Below, piece by piece: positions 1 through 11,960 of a stretch of DNA of 64,000 bases; position 1 is the stretch's first letter; the number at the start of each line of letters is the position of its first letter. Source of the DNA: OCS116 cluster bacterium AG-435-F03 (GTDB lineage Bacteria; Pseudomonadota; Alphaproteobacteria; MED-G09). The notes beneath the pieces are model-generated. The model saw only the letters and a list, made by a program, of their open reading frames with translations, was not told the DNA's origin and searched no databases. The position numbers and the translations under genes are program-made. Location: NCBI GenBank assembly GCA_003212795.1, contig QCOV01000001.1:624893-688892 (forward strand), read 5' to 3'.

Positions 1-551
<551 letters not shown>

Positions 552-578
552 TCACCTAATTAAATAATTTAACTAAAC

Positions 579-3500
579 CTAGCTTAATTCATCTTCTTGT
601 AGTTCAACATTCAGACCCAAGGAACGCATTTCTTTAACAAGAACATTAAAGCTTTCAGGAACTCCAGCTTCAAAATTTTCTTCGCCACGAATTATAGATT
701 CATAAACCTTAGTTCTGCCTGCAACATCATCTGATTTTACAGTTAGCATTTCTTGTAATGTATAAGCTGCACCGTATGCTTCTAGAGCCCATACCTCCAT
801 TTCACCAAATCTTTGACCACCAAATTGCGCTTTACCGCCCAAGGGTTGTTGAGTCACAAGGCTATATGGCCCAACTGATCTTCCATGTATTTTATCATCA
901 ACAAGGTGATGTAACTTAAGCATATAGATATATCCAACCGTAACAGGTCTATCAAACTTCGTACCAGACCTTCCATCATAAAGATAAACTTGCCCAGAAT
1001 TACTTAAACCAGCTTTCTCTAATAAATCAACAATATCAGCTTCCCTTGCTCCGTCAAATACAGGGGTTGCAACAGGAACACCCTTCTTAAGTGTCTGAGC
1101 AAACTCAATAAACTCACCATCTTTTAGTTTATTAACTCCTTTATCTTCATAAATATCCTTAATGACATCTTTTACATTTTCTAAATCCATGCTTTCTTCA
1201 TATTGATTTAAAGCATCCGAAACTTTTTTTCCTAAACCGGCGCATGTCCAGCCAAGATGAGTTTCTAGAATTTGTCCAACATTCATTCTACTAGGAACAC
1301 CAAGTGGATTTAGAACAACATCAACAGGTGTTCCATCTTCAAGATATGGCATGTCTTCTACAGGTAAAATTCTTGAAATCACGCCTTTATTACCGTGCCT
1401 ACCTGCCATTTTATCGCCTGGCTGCAGTTTACGCTTAACTGCAACATAAACCTTAATGCATTTCATAACCCCAGGAAGTAAATCATCTCCTCTACTTACC
1501 TTATCAACTTTATCTTGAAATTTTTCTTCTATCAGATTTCTAGCGCTATCATATTGAAGTCTTATCTCTTCAACTTCTTTTTGATTATTATTGTTTTGTA
1601 AAACAAAATCCCATAGTGATTTATTTGAAGAAGAATCTAAAATATCTTGAGTAATTTTTATTCCTTTTTTATTTATATTTGGACCAGATAAAGCAACTTT
1701 ATTAAGTAAAAAATCTTTTAGTAAAGAATAGATATTTCTATCTAAGATATGTATTTCATCATCTCTATCAATTGATAACCTCTCAATTTCTTCTTGTTCA
1801 ACAGCTAGTGCCCTTTCGTCTTTTTCAATGCCATGTCTATTGAAAACCTTAACATCAACAACTGTTCCATTAGTTCCGGGTGCTAATCTTAAAGAGCTAT
1901 CTCTTACATCAGAGGCTTTTTCACCAAAAATTGCTCGTAATAATTTCTCTTCAGGCGTAATGGGGCTTTCTCCTTTTGGCGTTACTTTTCCAACTAAAAT
2001 ATCGCCAGGTTTAACTTCAGCACCTATATAAACAATACCTGATTCATCTAGATTTCTTAGAGCCTCCTCACCAACATTTGGAATGTCCCTTGTGATATCT
2101 TCAGAACCAAGCTTTGTATCTCTAGCCATAATTTCAAACTCTTCAATGTGTATAGATGTAAAAACATCATCCTTGACAAGTTTTTCAGAAAGCAAGATTG
2201 AATCCTCAAAATTATATCCATTCCATGGCATAAAAGCTACTAGGACATTTTTACCAAGAGCCAATTCTCCTTTGTCAGTTGAGGGACCATCTGCAATTAC
2301 CTCGCCTTTTTTAATCTTATCACCAACCCTAACAAGAGGTTTTTGATTAACGCATGTAGATTGATTTGATCTTTGAAATTTTTTCAAATTATAAATTTCA
2401 ACTCCTAAATCATCTTGCTCGAGATCGCTGTCTGATCTAATAACAATTCTTTGAGAATCTACTTGGTCAACAATACCATCCTTCGAAGCAACAAGCGCTG
2501 CTCCAGAATCACTTGCTACAAGACCTTCCATACCAGTTCCTACTAGAGGAGCCTCATTAGTTAACAAAGGTACTGCTTGTCTCATCATGTTAGAGCCCAT
2601 TAATGCCCTATTAGCATCATCGTTTTCCAAAAATGGTATCAAAGATGCAGCAACTGATACTGTTTGTTTAGGACTGACATCCATAAAATCAACTGAATCA
2701 GGTCCAACTAAATCAAAATCACCATCGTGCCTGCAATTTATTAGATCACTTATCAGCGATCCCTTTTCATCAGACGGCTCATCAGCTTGAGCAATCCTGT
2801 ACCTTCCTTCTTCAACAGCAGATAAATATACTATTTCATTAGTTTTCTTTCCATTTTCAATCTTTAGATATGGACTTTCAATAAAACCATATTTATTAAC
2901 CCTAGCATATGTAGCTAAAGAGTTAATCAGTCCAATATTTGGGCCTTCCGGAGTTTCAATTGGGCATATTCTCCCATAATGAGTTGGGTGCACATCTCTT
3001 ACTTCGAAACCAGCCCTTTCTCTTGTAAGCCCTCCTGGACCAAGAGCGGAAACCCTTCTTTTATGTGTAATTTCAGAAAGAGGATTTGTTTGATCCATAA
3101 ATTGAGATAACTGAGAGGAACCAAAGAATTCCCTTATAGATGCTGCAATAGGCTTGGCATTAATTATGTCTTGAGGCATCACTGCATCAATATCAATAGA
3201 ACTCATTCTTTCTTTAATTGCTCTTTCCATTCTAAGCAGACCTATTCTAAACTGATTTTCCATCAATTCTCCAACTGATCTTACTCTTCTGTTACCAAGA
3301 TTATCAATGTCATCGATATCACCTTTACCATCTCTTAGGTCAACAATAGTTCTTAAAACATTAGCAATATCATCTTTTGTTAGAGTTCCGTGGTCATCAG
3401 GAGTATCGAGATTTAGTCTCATATTTATTTTAACTCTCCCAACATCAGATAAATCATATCTATCACTATCAAAAAATAGACTGGTAAATAGATTTGTTGC

Positions 3501-4658
3501 ACTTTCAACAGTTGGAGGTTCTCCTGGTCTTAATATTTTATATATTTCAAAAAGGGCTGATGTTTTATCAAAAGATTTATCAACTGCTAAAGTATTTCGA
3601 ACGAAAGGACTAAAATTTACATTATCTATTAGAAGAACTGGTATTTCATCTATTTTTTCAACTTCAAATGACGCCAATAATTCCTCAGTGATCTCGTCAC
3701 CAGCTTCAGCAAAAATTTCACCAGTAGAAAAATTAACAATATCTTCAGAAATAAATTTTCCTAATATTTCTTCATTTGAGATATATAAATCTTTAACTTT
3801 ATCATTTTGATCAAGAGTTCTTTTTGTGATTTTCTTTCCTGACTCAATAATTACTTTATTATTTTTTGCATCAATTAGATCATATACAGCCTTAGAACCT
3901 TTTAAATTTTCTGAAACAAAAGGTTTTTTCCAACCATCTTTTTGTCTTTTATGAATTTCATTTTTATAAAATAAGGATAGAATTTCTTGAGAATCAAAAC
4001 CTAAACTATAAAGAACAGTTGTGGCAGGAAACTTCTTTTTTCTATCTATTCTTGCATTAAGAATATCTTTAGCATCAAATTCAAAATCAAGCCATGAGCC
4101 TCTGTATGGTATTATTCTTGCTGCATATAGAATTTTACCAGAAGAGTGTGTTTTTCCCTTATCGTGATCAAAGAATACTCCTGGACTACGATGCATTTGA
4201 GATACAACAACTCTCTCAGTGCCATTAATAATAAATGTTCCATTACTGGTCATCAGTGGAAGATCGCCCATATAAACATCTTGTTCTTTTACATCTTTTA
4301 TTGATCTGGTTTCATTCTCTTCATCAACATCATAAACTATAAGTCTAAGAGTTACCTTAAGTGGGGCAGCATATGTAAGGCTTCTTTGGATACATTCGCC
4401 TGTGTCAAATTTTGGCTCATCAAATGAATAAGATATATATTCTATTGTAGATGACTCTGAGTAGTCATGAATAGGGAATACACCTTTAAATACATTTTCT
4501 AAACCTTTATTTAACCTTTCACCATGCAAAATATTTTTTTGCAAGAATAGATCGTAAGATAATCTCTGAATGTCAATTAAATTAGGCATTTCTGCAATAT
4601 TTTCAATTCTTTGAAAAGATTTCCTTATTCTTTTTCTAGCATTAAAATTTTCTGTCAT
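579..4658 (-). CDS. rpoB: DNA-directed RNA polymerase beta subunit
   Basis: 1359-aa ORF with RpoB hallmarks ([21 protein letters not shown]). Canonical position between rplL and rpoC. Confidence 0.97.
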   Translation of the reverse strand: MTENFNARKRIRKSFQRIENIAEMPNLIDIQRLSYDLFLQKNILHGERLNKGLENVFKGVFPIHDYSESSTIEYISYSFDEPKFDTGECIQRSLTYAAPLKVTLRLIVYDVDEENETRSIKDVKEQDVYMGDLPLMTSNGTFIINGTERVVVSQMHRSPGVFFDHDKGKTHSSGKILYAARIIPYRGSWLDFEFDAKDILNARIDRKKKFPATTVLYSLGFDSQEILSLFYKNEIHKRQKDGWKKPFVSENLKGSKAVYDLIDAKNNKVIIESGKKITKRTLDQNDKVKDLYISNEEILGKFISEDIVNFSTGEIFAEAGDEITEELLASFEVEKIDEIPVLLIDNVNFSPFVRNTLAVDKSFDKTSALFEIYKILRPGEPPTVESATNLFTSLFFDSDRYDLSDVGRVKINMRLNLDTPDDHGTLTKDDIANVLRTIVDLRDGKGDIDDIDNLGNRRVRSVGELMENQFRIGLLRMERAIKERMSSIDIDAVMPQDIINAKPIAASIREFFGSSQLSQFMDQTNPLSEITHKRRVSALGPGGLTRERAGFEVRDVHPTHYGRICPIETPEGPNIGLINSLATYARVNKYGFIESPYLKIENGKKTNEIVYLSAVEEGRYRIAQADEPSDEKGSLISDLINCRHDGDFDLVGPDSVDFMDVSPKQTVSVAASLIPFLENDDANRALMGSNMMRQAVPLLTNEAPLVGTGMEGLVASDSGAALVASKDGIVDQVDSQRIVIRSDSDLEQDDLGVEIYNLKKFQRSNQSTCVNQKPLVRVGDKIKKGEVIADGPSTDKGELALGKNVLVAFMPWNGYNFEDSILLSEKLVKDDVFTSIHIEEFEIMARDTKLGSEDITRDIPNVGEEALRNLDESGIVYIGAEVKPGDILVGKVTPKGESPITPEEKLLRAIFGEKASDVRDSSLRLAPGTNGTVVDVKVFNRHGIEKDERALAVEQEEIERLSIDRDDEIHILDRNIYSLLKDFLLNKVALSGPNINKKGIKITQDILDSSSNKSLWDFVLQNNNNQKEVEEIRLQYDSARNLIEEKFQDKVDKVSRGDDLLPGVMKCIKVYVAVKRKLQPGDKMAGRHGNKGVISRILPVEDMPYLEDGTPVDVVLNPLGVPSRMNVGQILETHLGWTCAGLGKKVSDALNQYEESMDLENVKDVIKDIYEDKGVNKLKDGEFIEFAQTLKKGVPVATPVFDGAREADIVDLLEKAGLSNSGQVYLYDGRSGTKFDRPVTVGYIYMLKLHHLVDDKIHGRSVGPYSLVTQQPLGGKAQFGGQRFGEMEVWALEAYGAAYTLQEMLTVKSDDVAGRTKVYESIIRGEENFEAGVPESFNVLVKEMRSLGLNVELQEDELS

Positions 4659-4698
4659 ATTAATAAGACCTTTATTTATGATTTATTTCTGAAAAAAA

Positions 4699-5079
4699 CT
4701 ATTTTAGTTCTACTTTTGCGCCTGCAGCTTCTAATTTTTCTTTAATTTCGTTAGCTTCATCTTTAGGAACATCTTCTTTAATGTCTTTTGGTGCAGATTC
4801 AACTATATCTTTTGCTTCTTTTAAGCCAAGACCAGTCGCAGTTCTAACTTCTTTAATAACATTAATCTTCTTATCACCTACATCAGTAAGAACAATAGTA
4901 AATGAATCTTTTTCTTCGGCAGCATCTCCTCCAGCTTCACCACCAGGTGCAGCAGCAGCGACAGCAACTGGCGCAGCAGCAGAAACTCCCCATTTTTCTT
5001 CAAGAATTTTTGATAATTCTGAAGCTTCAAGAACAGTTAAATTTGATAATTCTTCAGCAATTTTTTCTAAATCAGCCAT
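4699..5079 (-). CDS. rplL: 50S ribosomal protein L7/L12
   Basis: 126 aa with N-terminal dimerisation segment, Ala/Pro-rich hinge and C-terminal [11 protein letters not shown]...KVELK. Follows rplJ. Confidence 0.95.
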   Translation of the reverse strand: MADLEKIAEELSNLTVLEASELSKILEEKWGVSAAAPVAVAAAAPGGEAGGDAAEEKDSFTIVLTDVGDKKINVIKEVRTATGLGLKEAKDIVESAPKDIKEDVPKDEANEIKEKLEAAGAKVELK

Positions 5080-5101
5080 TTTTTTCTCCTAATAAGTTAA
5101 A

Positions 5102-5620
5102 TTAAGCGGCCTCACCACTTTGACTTTTAGCACTTAAAACTTGAGCAATTTGCTCACCAGGTTTATTAACAATTCCAACAATTTTTGATGCAGAAGAAGT
5201 TAAAGAACCTATTATTTTAGACCTTAAAGTATCAAGACTCGGTAGTGATGCCAGTTTACTAATAGTCGCTTTGTCAATAATTTCACCGTCCATAAATCCT
5301 CCTACAACTGATAAATTTTCATTATCTTTTGTAAAATCAGAAATTATTTTTGGCTGTGAAGTCAATTCTTCAGAAAAAACTATCGCCAAAGGTCCATTAA
5401 AATATTCTGAAAGATCTTTTACTTTAGTGTCATTAACAGCAATTTTAGCTAAGCTATTTTTAACAACTTTAAAAGTGCTTCCAGCCTCCCTTAATTGATT
5501 CCTTAAGTTAGTTATTTCATGAACAGATAACCCATTATTATGTGTCAAAATGAAAAAATTAGATTCATCAAATTTTTTTGTTAAATCTGATACAACTTTC
5601 TCTTTCGCAATTCTATCCAT
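5102..5620 (-). CDS. rplJ: 50S ribosomal protein L10
   Basis: 172 aa, L10 family, in the rplK-rplA-rplJ-rplL order. Confidence 0.9.
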   Translation of the reverse strand: MDRIAKEKVVSDLTKKFDESNFFILTHNNGLSVHEITNLRNQLREAGSTFKVVKNSLAKIAVNDTKVKDLSEYFNGPLAIVFSEELTSQPKIISDFTKDNENLSVVGGFMDGEIIDKATISKLASLPSLDTLRSKIIGSLTSSASKIVGIVNKPGEQIAQVLSAKSQSGEAA

Positions 5621-5776
5621 TTTTAACCTCCAAATTCCTTAACAGGAAATTATTAACAAAAGGTTTACTAAGTAAACCAGGCTGTCCTTTTTGTCTCGTA
5701 TGGGCAAATTTATTAAGTTTAAGACACCCATAGTCTAGGACAGTTTGTGCATTAATAATGCACTTGAAACAAAAGT
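5621..5776 (-). promoter_or_regulatory. rplJ 5' leader; candidate L10(L12)4 autoregulatory leader
   Basis: 156-nt untranslated spacer between rplA and rplJ. It contains a perfect hairpin gtgcatta-a-taatgcac (about 5741-5757) and a second hairpin ggtttac-tta-gtaaacc. Position matches the bacterial L10 leader. Confidence 0.5.
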
Positions 5777-6469
5777 CTAATTAAAAACTCCTGTATCAAT
5801 TCTTAATCCAGCTCCCATCGTAGAGCTTAAAGATACTTTTTTTATAAATACTCCTTTAGCAGCGCTAGGTTTATCCTTTTTAACTGCTCTAACAAACTCA
5901 ATGACGTTAGTATTTAAGTCCTCTTTAGAAAAACTAACTTTACCAACTCCAGCATGAATAATTCCTGCTTTATCATTTCTATACTCCACTGAACCAGCTT
6001 TTGCAGACTTTACGGCATCTGCTATATCATTTGTAACAGTGCCTATTTTTGGATTAGGCATTAGACCTTTTGGTCCAAGAACTTTTCCCAGCCTTCCGAC
6101 AAGAGGCATCATATCAGGTGTTGCGATACATCTTTCGAAGTCAATATCACCAGAAGAAACTTTTTCAACTAAATCTTCGGATCCAACTATATCTGCTCCA
6201 GAATCTTCAGCTTCTTTAGCTTTGTCTCCTTTTGCAAATACAGCTACACGAAGGTCTTTACCAATTCCATTAGGAAGATTAATAACGCCACGAACATTTT
6301 GATCAGAGAAAGTAGGATCAATATTCAAATTAACAGCAATATCAACTGTTTCGTCAAACTTAAGATTAGATGAGTCTTTAATAAGCTCTATTCCTTCATC
6401 AAGTGTATAGACTTTATCAGAGTCAATTTTTTCAGAAATTTCATTGTATCTTTTGCTTCTTGAGACCAT
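5777..6469 (-). CDS. rplA: 50S ribosomal protein L1
   Basis: 230-aa L1 family protein in the conserved operon position. Confidence 0.93.
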   Translation of the reverse strand: MVSRSKRYNEISEKIDSDKVYTLDEGIELIKDSSNLKFDETVDIAVNLNIDPTFSDQNVRGVINLPNGIGKDLRVAVFAKGDKAKEAEDSGADIVGSEDLVEKVSSGDIDFERCIATPDMMPLVGRLGKVLGPKGLMPNPKIGTVTNDIADAVKSAKAGSVEYRNDKAGIIHAGVGKVSFSKEDLNTNVIEFVRAVKKDKPSAAKGVFIKKVSLSSTMGAGLRIDTGVFN

Positions 6470-6471
6470 AA

Positions 6472-6897
6472 TTATTTAACCTCTAATCCCATGGATCTAG
6501 CGGAACCCTTTACAATATTTACTGCTGCATCAATATCATTGGCATTTAAATCTTTCATCTTAACTTCAGCAATTTCTTTACATTGAGCTAAAGTTACTGA
6601 ACCACAGGTTTCAGAGCCAACATTACCTGCGCCTTTATCAATTTTTGCAGCCTTCTTTAATAAATAACTTGTCGGAGCTGTCTTTATAACGAAATCAAAA
6701 GATTTATCAACATAAATAGTTATTGTTGTAGGAAGAGGAGTACCCTGTTCTTCATTTTGTGTTTTAGCATTAAATGCCTTACAAAAATCCATAATGTTTA
6801 AGCCTCTTTGACCCAAGGCTGGGCCAATAGGTGGAGATGGACTTGCTTGTCCGGCTGGAACTTGTAATTTTAAATATCCTTCGATTTTTTTAGCCAT
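6472..6897 (-). CDS. rplK: 50S ribosomal protein L11
   Basis: 141 aa with the L11 N-terminal motif [32 protein letters not shown]. Confidence 0.95.
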   Translation of the reverse strand: MAKKIEGYLKLQVPAGQASPSPPIGPALGQRGLNIMDFCKAFNAKTQNEEQGTPLPTTITIYVDKSFDFVIKTAPTSYLLKKAAKIDKGAGNVGSETCGSVTLAQCKEIAEVKMKDLNANDIDAAVNIVKGSARSMGLEVK

Positions 6898-6915
6898 TTT
6901 TTTACCTGTTTTAAC

Positions 6916-7452
6916 CTATAATTTTTCAACTTGAGTATATTGTAACTCTACCGGAGTTGGACGACCAAAAATAGAAACAGCAACTTTAAGTTTAGATTTT
7001 TCTTCGTCGATTTCTTCAACAAGACCATTAAATGATGCAAAAGGTCCTTCAGAAACTCTAACTTGCTCTCCAATTTCAAAAATAACTGATGGTCTTGGTC
7101 CATCTGCTGTTTCCTCAACACGATTAATAATTCTGTCAATTTCCTCTTTTGAAACAGGATGAGGTTTCGTACCATGTTCTGAGCCAAGAAAACCTGTTAC
7201 TTTAGGCGTACTTTTAACCAAATGAAATGTTTCATCAGTTAAATCCATGTTAACTAAAACATAGCCTGGAAAAAATCTTCTCTCTCTATTAACCTTTCTT
7301 CCTCTTCTAAGTTCAACAACTTCTTCAGTAGGAACAATTATTTCATCAAAAGCACCTTCAAGATTCTCAATCTCAGCTCTCTCTTTAATCGATTCAGCAA
7401 CCTTTTTTTCAAAATTTGAATAGGCATGAACTATGTACCATTTTTTAGACAT
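6916..7452 (-). CDS. nusG: transcription termination/antitermination factor NusG
   Basis: 178 aa with NGN and KOW domains (FPGYVLV..., GEQVRVSEGPFASFNGLVEEID), between secE and rplK. Confidence 0.93.
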   Translation of the reverse strand: MSKKWYIVHAYSNFEKKVAESIKERAEIENLEGAFDEIIVPTEEVVELRRGRKVNRERRFFPGYVLVNMDLTDETFHLVKSTPKVTGFLGSEHGTKPHPVSKEEIDRIINRVEETADGPRPSVIFEIGEQVRVSEGPFASFNGLVEEIDEEKSKLKVAVSIFGRPTPVELQYTQVEKL

Positions 7453-7454
7453 AT

Positions 7455-7667
7455 TTAATTACCCAAACCTAAAACAAGTTGAATTCCAAAACTCATAACT
7501 TGATCGCCTAAGAAGAAGAAGATTGATGCAAAAAATGAAAATACAATGACAATTAAAGTGGTAATCATGGTTTCATTTCTTGATGGCCAAGTTACTTTCG
7601 AAACTTCATTTCTAACCTGCTGAATAAATTCTATTGGACCTGTTCTTTTCATCTTTTGATCTCTCAA
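7455..7667 (-). CDS. secE: preprotein translocase subunit SecE
   Basis: 70-aa single-TM protein (EVSKVTWPSRNET...) directly upstream of nusG. Confidence 0.85.
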   Translation of the reverse strand: MRDQKMKRTGPIEFIQQVRNEVSKVTWPSRNETMITTLIVIVFSFFASIFFFLGDQVMSFGIQLVLGLGN

Positions 7668-7681
7668 ATTTAAAATACTGG

Positions 7682-7755
7682 CAGGAGTGGAGGGAGTCGA
7701 ACCCCCAACCCCCGGTTTTGGAGACCGGTGCTCTAGCCAATTGAGCTACACTCCT
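7682..7755 (-). tRNA. tRNA-Trp (anticodon CCA)
   Basis: Minus-strand cloverleaf aggagtg/cactcct acceptor stem, anticodon loop CTCCAAA, T-arm ggggg-ttcgact-ccctc. Canonical tuf-tRNATrp-secE position. Confidence 0.9.
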
Positions 7756-7765
7756 CCAAATAAAA

Positions 7766-8956
7766 TTACTCAACTATTTTTGAAACTACTCCAGCACCAA
7801 CTGTTCTGCCACCTTCACGAATAGCAAATCTAAGATTATCTTGCATAGCAATTGGAACTATTAGTTCAACATCCATTTCAACATTATCACCAGGCATAAC
7901 CATTTCAGTTCCTTTATCTAACTGACAAACACCAGTAACATCTGTTGTTCTAAAATAGAATTGAGGACGATAATTAGTAAAGAAAGGCGTATGTCTTCCA
8001 CCTTCTTCTTTTGTTAAGATATATGCAGAAGCTTTAAATTTTGTATGAGGGGTTATTGAGCCAGGAGCGCATAAAACCTGCCCTCTTTCAACCTGCTCTC
8101 TGTCAATACCTCTTAAAAGAATACCAACATTATCACCTGCTTCACCTTGATCTAAAAGTTTTCTAAACATTTCAACACCAGTACAAACCGTTTTTTGAGT
8201 TTCTTTAACACCAACTATCTCGATCTCTTCATTAACATTAATTACGCCACTTTCAACTCTACCAGTAACAACTGTTCCTCTACCTGAAATTGAAAAGACA
8301 TCCTCAATCGGCATTAGGAAAGGTTGGTCTTTAGGTCTTTCTGGTTGAGGGACATAACTATCTATTTGTGACATTAGTTCAAGAATAGCATTTTTTCCTG
8401 TTTCATCATTCGTTCCCTCAAGGGCTGCAAGAGCCGAACCCTTAACTATTGGAATGTCATCGCCAGGAAATTCATATTCATTTAAAAGCTCTCTTACTTC
8501 CATTTCAACTAAATCAAGTAATTCTGCGTCATCAACTTGATCAACTTTATTCATAAATACTGCCAAAGCAGGAACACCAACTTGTCTAGCAAGTAGAATA
8601 TGTTCCCGAGTTTGGGGCATAGGGCCATCAGCAGCAGAGACAACTAATATACCGCCGTCCATCTGAGCAGCGCCAGTGATCATATTTTTCACATAGTCTG
8701 CATGGCCTGGACAATCGACATGGGCATAATGTCTGTTTTCTGTTTCATACTCAACATGGGATGTTGCAATTGTAATACCGCGCTCCCTTTCTTCCGGCGC
8801 ATTATCGATCTGGTCAAATGCTGAAAACTCTGCCTTTCCTTCATCCGCCAGTACTTTGGTGATAGCAGCAGTTAGTGTTGTTTTACCATGATCAACATGA
8901 CCAATTGTACCAATGTTACAGTGAGGTTTGGTACGTTCAAATTTTTCTTTAGACAT
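7766..8956 (-). CDS. tuf: elongation factor Tu
   Basis: Real start [28 protein letters not shown] at 8956, with GGAG 12 nt upstream; the track ORF adds 5 codons. Contains the alphaproteobacterial-type NKVDQVDD motif. Confidence 0.97.
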   Translation of the reverse strand: MSKEKFERTKPHCNIGTIGHVDHGKTTLTAAITKVLADEGKAEFSAFDQIDNAPEERERGITIATSHVEYETENRHYAHVDCPGHADYVKNMITGAAQMDGGILVVSAADGPMPQTREHILLARQVGVPALAVFMNKVDQVDDAELLDLVEMEVRELLNEYEFPGDDIPIVKGSALAALEGTNDETGKNAILELMSQIDSYVPQPERPKDQPFLMPIEDVFSISGRGTVVTGRVESGVINVNEEIEIVGVKETQKTVCTGVEMFRKLLDQGEAGDNVGILLRGIDREQVERGQVLCAPGSITPHTKFKASAYILTKEEGGRHTPFFTNYRPQFYFRTTDVTGVCQLDKGTEMVMPGDNVEMDVELIVPIAMQDNLRFAIREGGRTVGAGVVSKIVE

Positions 8957-9013
8957 AATATGTTTCTCCAAATATTAAAAACCGTAAACGGCTATAGTAA
9001 GCTTCGGACTTTA

Positions 9014-9087
9014 TGGAGCGGGTGAAGGGAATCGAACCCTCATCTTCAGCTTGGAAGGCTGTTGCTCTACCATTGAGCTACACCCGC
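9014..9087 (-). tRNA. tRNA-Gly (anticodon TCC)
   Basis: gcgggtg/cacccgc acceptor stem, anticodon loop CTTCCAA, T-loop ttcgatt, encoded CCA. Confidence 0.9.
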
Positions 9088-9115
9088 CTATCCATCCACC
9101 TAGCAGCTCTGCAAC

Positions 9116-9200
9116 TGGTGGAGGGGGTAGGATTTGAACCTACGTAGGCATAGCCAACGGGTTTACAGCCCGTCCCCTTTAACCACTCGGGCACCCCTCC
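9116..9200 (-). tRNA. tRNA-Tyr (anticodon GTA), long variable arm
   Basis: ggagggg/cccctcc acceptor stem, anticodon loop CTGTAAA, long extra arm, T-loop ttcaaat, encoded CCA. Resembles the E. coli tyrU-glyT-tufB arrangement. Confidence 0.9.
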
Positions 9201-9400
9201 TTACAATTGGAGAGCTAACCAATGCTTTAAAATCCAAAGCAGATGTGGTTTATTGAGCTTTCCGTAAGGAAAGTCAATACCCCAAAACAAATAATTAAAT
9301 TAAAACTTATAGTAATTTAAAAAAAAATCCATAAAATATTGATATTTTGCCATTTTTCTAATATTTACAATTTCATATCAGTCTTAAAAAATATTCAAAA

Positions 9401-10162
9401 ATGGTTAGAAAAAAAAACAATAAAAATAAGAATTATACACCCTACTATATATGGGGATTACACGCTTCAATTGCTGCACTAAAAAACAACAAGAGGAATA
9501 TTGTAAATATTTTTTGTACTCAATTAGTTTTTGATAAACATATAAAAGAAAAAGTTAAATTCACTGACTCAATAAAAATAGTTAAAAATAATGATTTAAA
9601 TACACTTTTAGAAGATAAAATCACCCATCAAGGTATTATTATTGAAACAAAAACTTTAAATTATCCGAAATTGGATGATGTAATAGATAGCAGTAACATC
9701 ATAATAGCATTAGACCAAGTAACGGATCCACAAAATGTTGGAGCTATTATTAGAACTTTTAGCTTTTTTGGAGGAGAAAACCTATTAATTACTAAGGATC
9801 ATAGCTCAGAAATTAACGGGTCATTGGCAAAATCAGCTTCGGGAGCTTTAGAATCTGTAAATATAATCAAAGTAACAAATTTATCAATGACATTAAAAAA
9901 AATAAGAAAAAAAGGATTTATAATCATAGGTTTAGATGAAAATAGTAATGTAATGCTTCATAATATTAATGATTATAATAATGAAAAAAAAGTTCTAGTA
10001 ATGGGATCAGAAGGCAAAGGATTGAGAAGATTGACAAAAGAGAATTGTGACTTTTTAGTTTCAATTGCTAATAATAATGATAGTGATTTTAATACATTAA
10101 ATGTTAGTGTAAGTAGCGCTTTAGCGTTATATGAATTCATGGGGAGGGATATTATTAAATAA
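9401..10162 (+). CDS. SpoU/TrmH-family RNA 2'-O-methyltransferase (RlmB-like)
   Basis: 253 aa with SPOUT motifs (LDQVTDPQNVGAIIRT, VLVMGSEGKGL) and an N-terminal substrate-binding domain. Confidence 0.8.
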   Translation: MVRKKNNKNKNYTPYYIWGLHASIAALKNNKRNIVNIFCTQLVFDKHIKEKVKFTDSIKIVKNNDLNTLLEDKITHQGIIIETKTLNYPKLDDVIDSSNIIIALDQVTDPQNVGAIIRTFSFFGGENLLITKDHSSEINGSLAKSASGALESVNIIKVTNLSMTLKKIRKKGFIIIGLDENSNVMLHNINDYNNEKKVLVMGSEGKGLRRLTKENCDFLVSIANNNDSDFNTLNVSVSSALALYEFMGRDIIK

Positions 10163-11892
10163 TGGAACATATAACCTTACCAAATCTATTTTTTCAGAAG
10201 GCATTAGAAAACTCCGACAAGCCATTTTTATGGGCAAAAAAAGAAGGTGAATGGGAAAGTTTATCATGGCAAGAAACTGAAAAAAAGGTAAAACAATTAG
10301 CAGCAGGATTAAAATATAATGGTATTTTACCAGGTGATAAAGTTATTATTGTTTCTGAAAATAGACCTGAATGCCTAATTTCTGATTTAGCAATAAATAC
10401 TTTAAATGCGATAACTGTTCCAGCTTACACAACAAATACTGAAGATGATCATAGATATATAATTGAGCATTCTGATGCAAAAGCTGTAATAGTATCTAAT
10501 AATATTCTTGCTAATAGAATAGCTTTAGCTATAAGCAAAGTTGAATCATGTAACCTCTTAATAACAATCGATGAATATAGCGGTTTCATGCCCGAGAGCT
10601 TGAAAGTTGAAAGCTTTGAAAAATTGCTCAAAATCGGTGATGAAAATCTATCTACTGCCCTTCATAACCTTAACACCATAGATAAAGATGATATCTGTTG
10701 TTTAATTTATACTTCAGGCACAGGCGGTAGACCTAAAGGTGTAATGCTTACTCATAGATCAATTTATCATAATATTTTAGGCGCTGATAATTTAGTTAAA
10801 CAAGTTGGTGATATTGATCATACTTATTTATCACTTGTCCCCTATTCTCATGCTTATGAGCATATGGCAATATTTCTTCAGATCTATTTAGGTGCTCAAA
10901 TTTATTTTTCTGAGGGGCCAGATAAATTTGCTGCGAACCTGTTAGAGGTTGCCCCTACTTTATCAACAGCAGTTCCGAGACTTTTTGAGGTATTATATGA
11001 TAGAATAAGAATTCAAATTAAAAACTCCGGAAAGTTACTTCAATTTGCTTTCAATAGAACAATTAAACTTGGAAAAAAGAATCTATTTAATGAATTAAAT
11101 TTTATCGAAAAAATAGAACATAATACTTATTGTAAATTGATAAGAAATAGAATTACAAAAAGATTAGGAGGACGACTTTCTGCATTTATATCTGGTGGAT
11201 CTGCTCTAAATCCAGATATTGGTTATTTCTTTCTGTCATTAGGTGTTCAAATTATTCAGGGATATGGTCAAACTGAAGCCAGCCCTTTAATAAGTGCAAA
11301 CCCTCCAATAAAAGTTAAAATTGAAACAGTTGGCCCTCCAATAAAAGGAGTTGAGGTAAAATTATCTGAGGAAGGGGAATTGCTTGTAAAAGGTGAAGGA
11401 GTGATGAAAGGATATTGGAAACAGGAAAAAGAGACATCCGAAACAATTATCAATGGATGGCTTCATACTGGTGATTTGGCTGATATTGATGAAGATGGAT
11501 ATATAACTATAAAAGATAGAAAAAAAGAAATAATAGTTAATTCTGGGGGAGATAATATAGCGCCTGTACGTCCAGAAGCCAGCCTAACATTTCAAGACAT
11601 TATTCTACAGGCAATGGTTTCAGGTGATAGAAGACCTTATTTAGTAGCTCTAATTGTTGTAGATCCAGAAGTTTCAAAAAACATAAGTGAAGAAGAATTA
11701 AATAATGAAGTTTCTAATGCTGTAAAAAAGGCAAACGAAAATCTATCGCAAATAGAGAAAATAAAAAAATATATTATAATTGATGAGCCGCTTTCTACAG
11801 ATAATGGAATGTTAACACCAACCATGAAAATTAGACGTCATATGGTTAATGAAATGTATGGAGAACAACTTAACAACTTATATAAGAAATAA
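10162..11892 (+). CDS. AMP-dependent acyl-CoA synthetase/ligase (long-chain fatty-acid-CoA ligase-like)
   Basis: 576 aa with AMP-binding signature YTSGTGGRPKGVMLTH and a C-terminal domain ending TPTMKIRR. Start overlaps the upstream stop (taATGg). Confidence 0.88.
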   Translation: MEHITLPNLFFQKALENSDKPFLWAKKEGEWESLSWQETEKKVKQLAAGLKYNGILPGDKVIIVSENRPECLISDLAINTLNAITVPAYTTNTEDDHRYIIEHSDAKAVIVSNNILANRIALAISKVESCNLLITIDEYSGFMPESLKVESFEKLLKIGDENLSTALHNLNTIDKDDICCLIYTSGTGGRPKGVMLTHRSIYHNILGADNLVKQVGDIDHTYLSLVPYSHAYEHMAIFLQIYLGAQIYFSEGPDKFAANLLEVAPTLSTAVPRLFEVLYDRIRIQIKNSGKLLQFAFNRTIKLGKKNLFNELNFIEKIEHNTYCKLIRNRITKRLGGRLSAFISGGSALNPDIGYFFLSLGVQIIQGYGQTEASPLISANPPIKVKIETVGPPIKGVEVKLSEEGELLVKGEGVMKGYWKQEKETSETIINGWLHTGDLADIDEDGYITIKDRKKEIIVNSGGDNIAPVRPEASLTFQDIILQAMVSGDRRPYLVALIVVDPEVSKNISEEELNNEVSNAVKKANENLSQIEKIKKYIIIDEPLSTDNGMLTPTMKIRRHMVNEMYGEQLNNLYKK

Positions 11893-11960
11893 TTTTATAA
11901 AATTTTCAAATAAATTAAGTAAATGTTGACACCAAAGATTGATTAATTTTTAATTCAATT

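Noticed and set aside
1828-3810. Four + strand ORFs (67-167 aa) inside rpoB on the opposite strand
   Set aside because: Antisense to a highly conserved gene, with low-complexity Ser/Leu/Pro-rich translations typical of shadow ORFs opposite AT-rich coding DNA.
4781-5105. Two + strand ORFs antisense to rplL (Ala-rich and Gln/Leu-rich)
   Set aside because: Mirror images of the Ala/Pro hinge and charged regions of L7/L12; no start context.
6948-7187. 79-aa minus-strand ORF inside nusG in another frame
   Set aside because: Fully embedded in the well-supported nusG frame.
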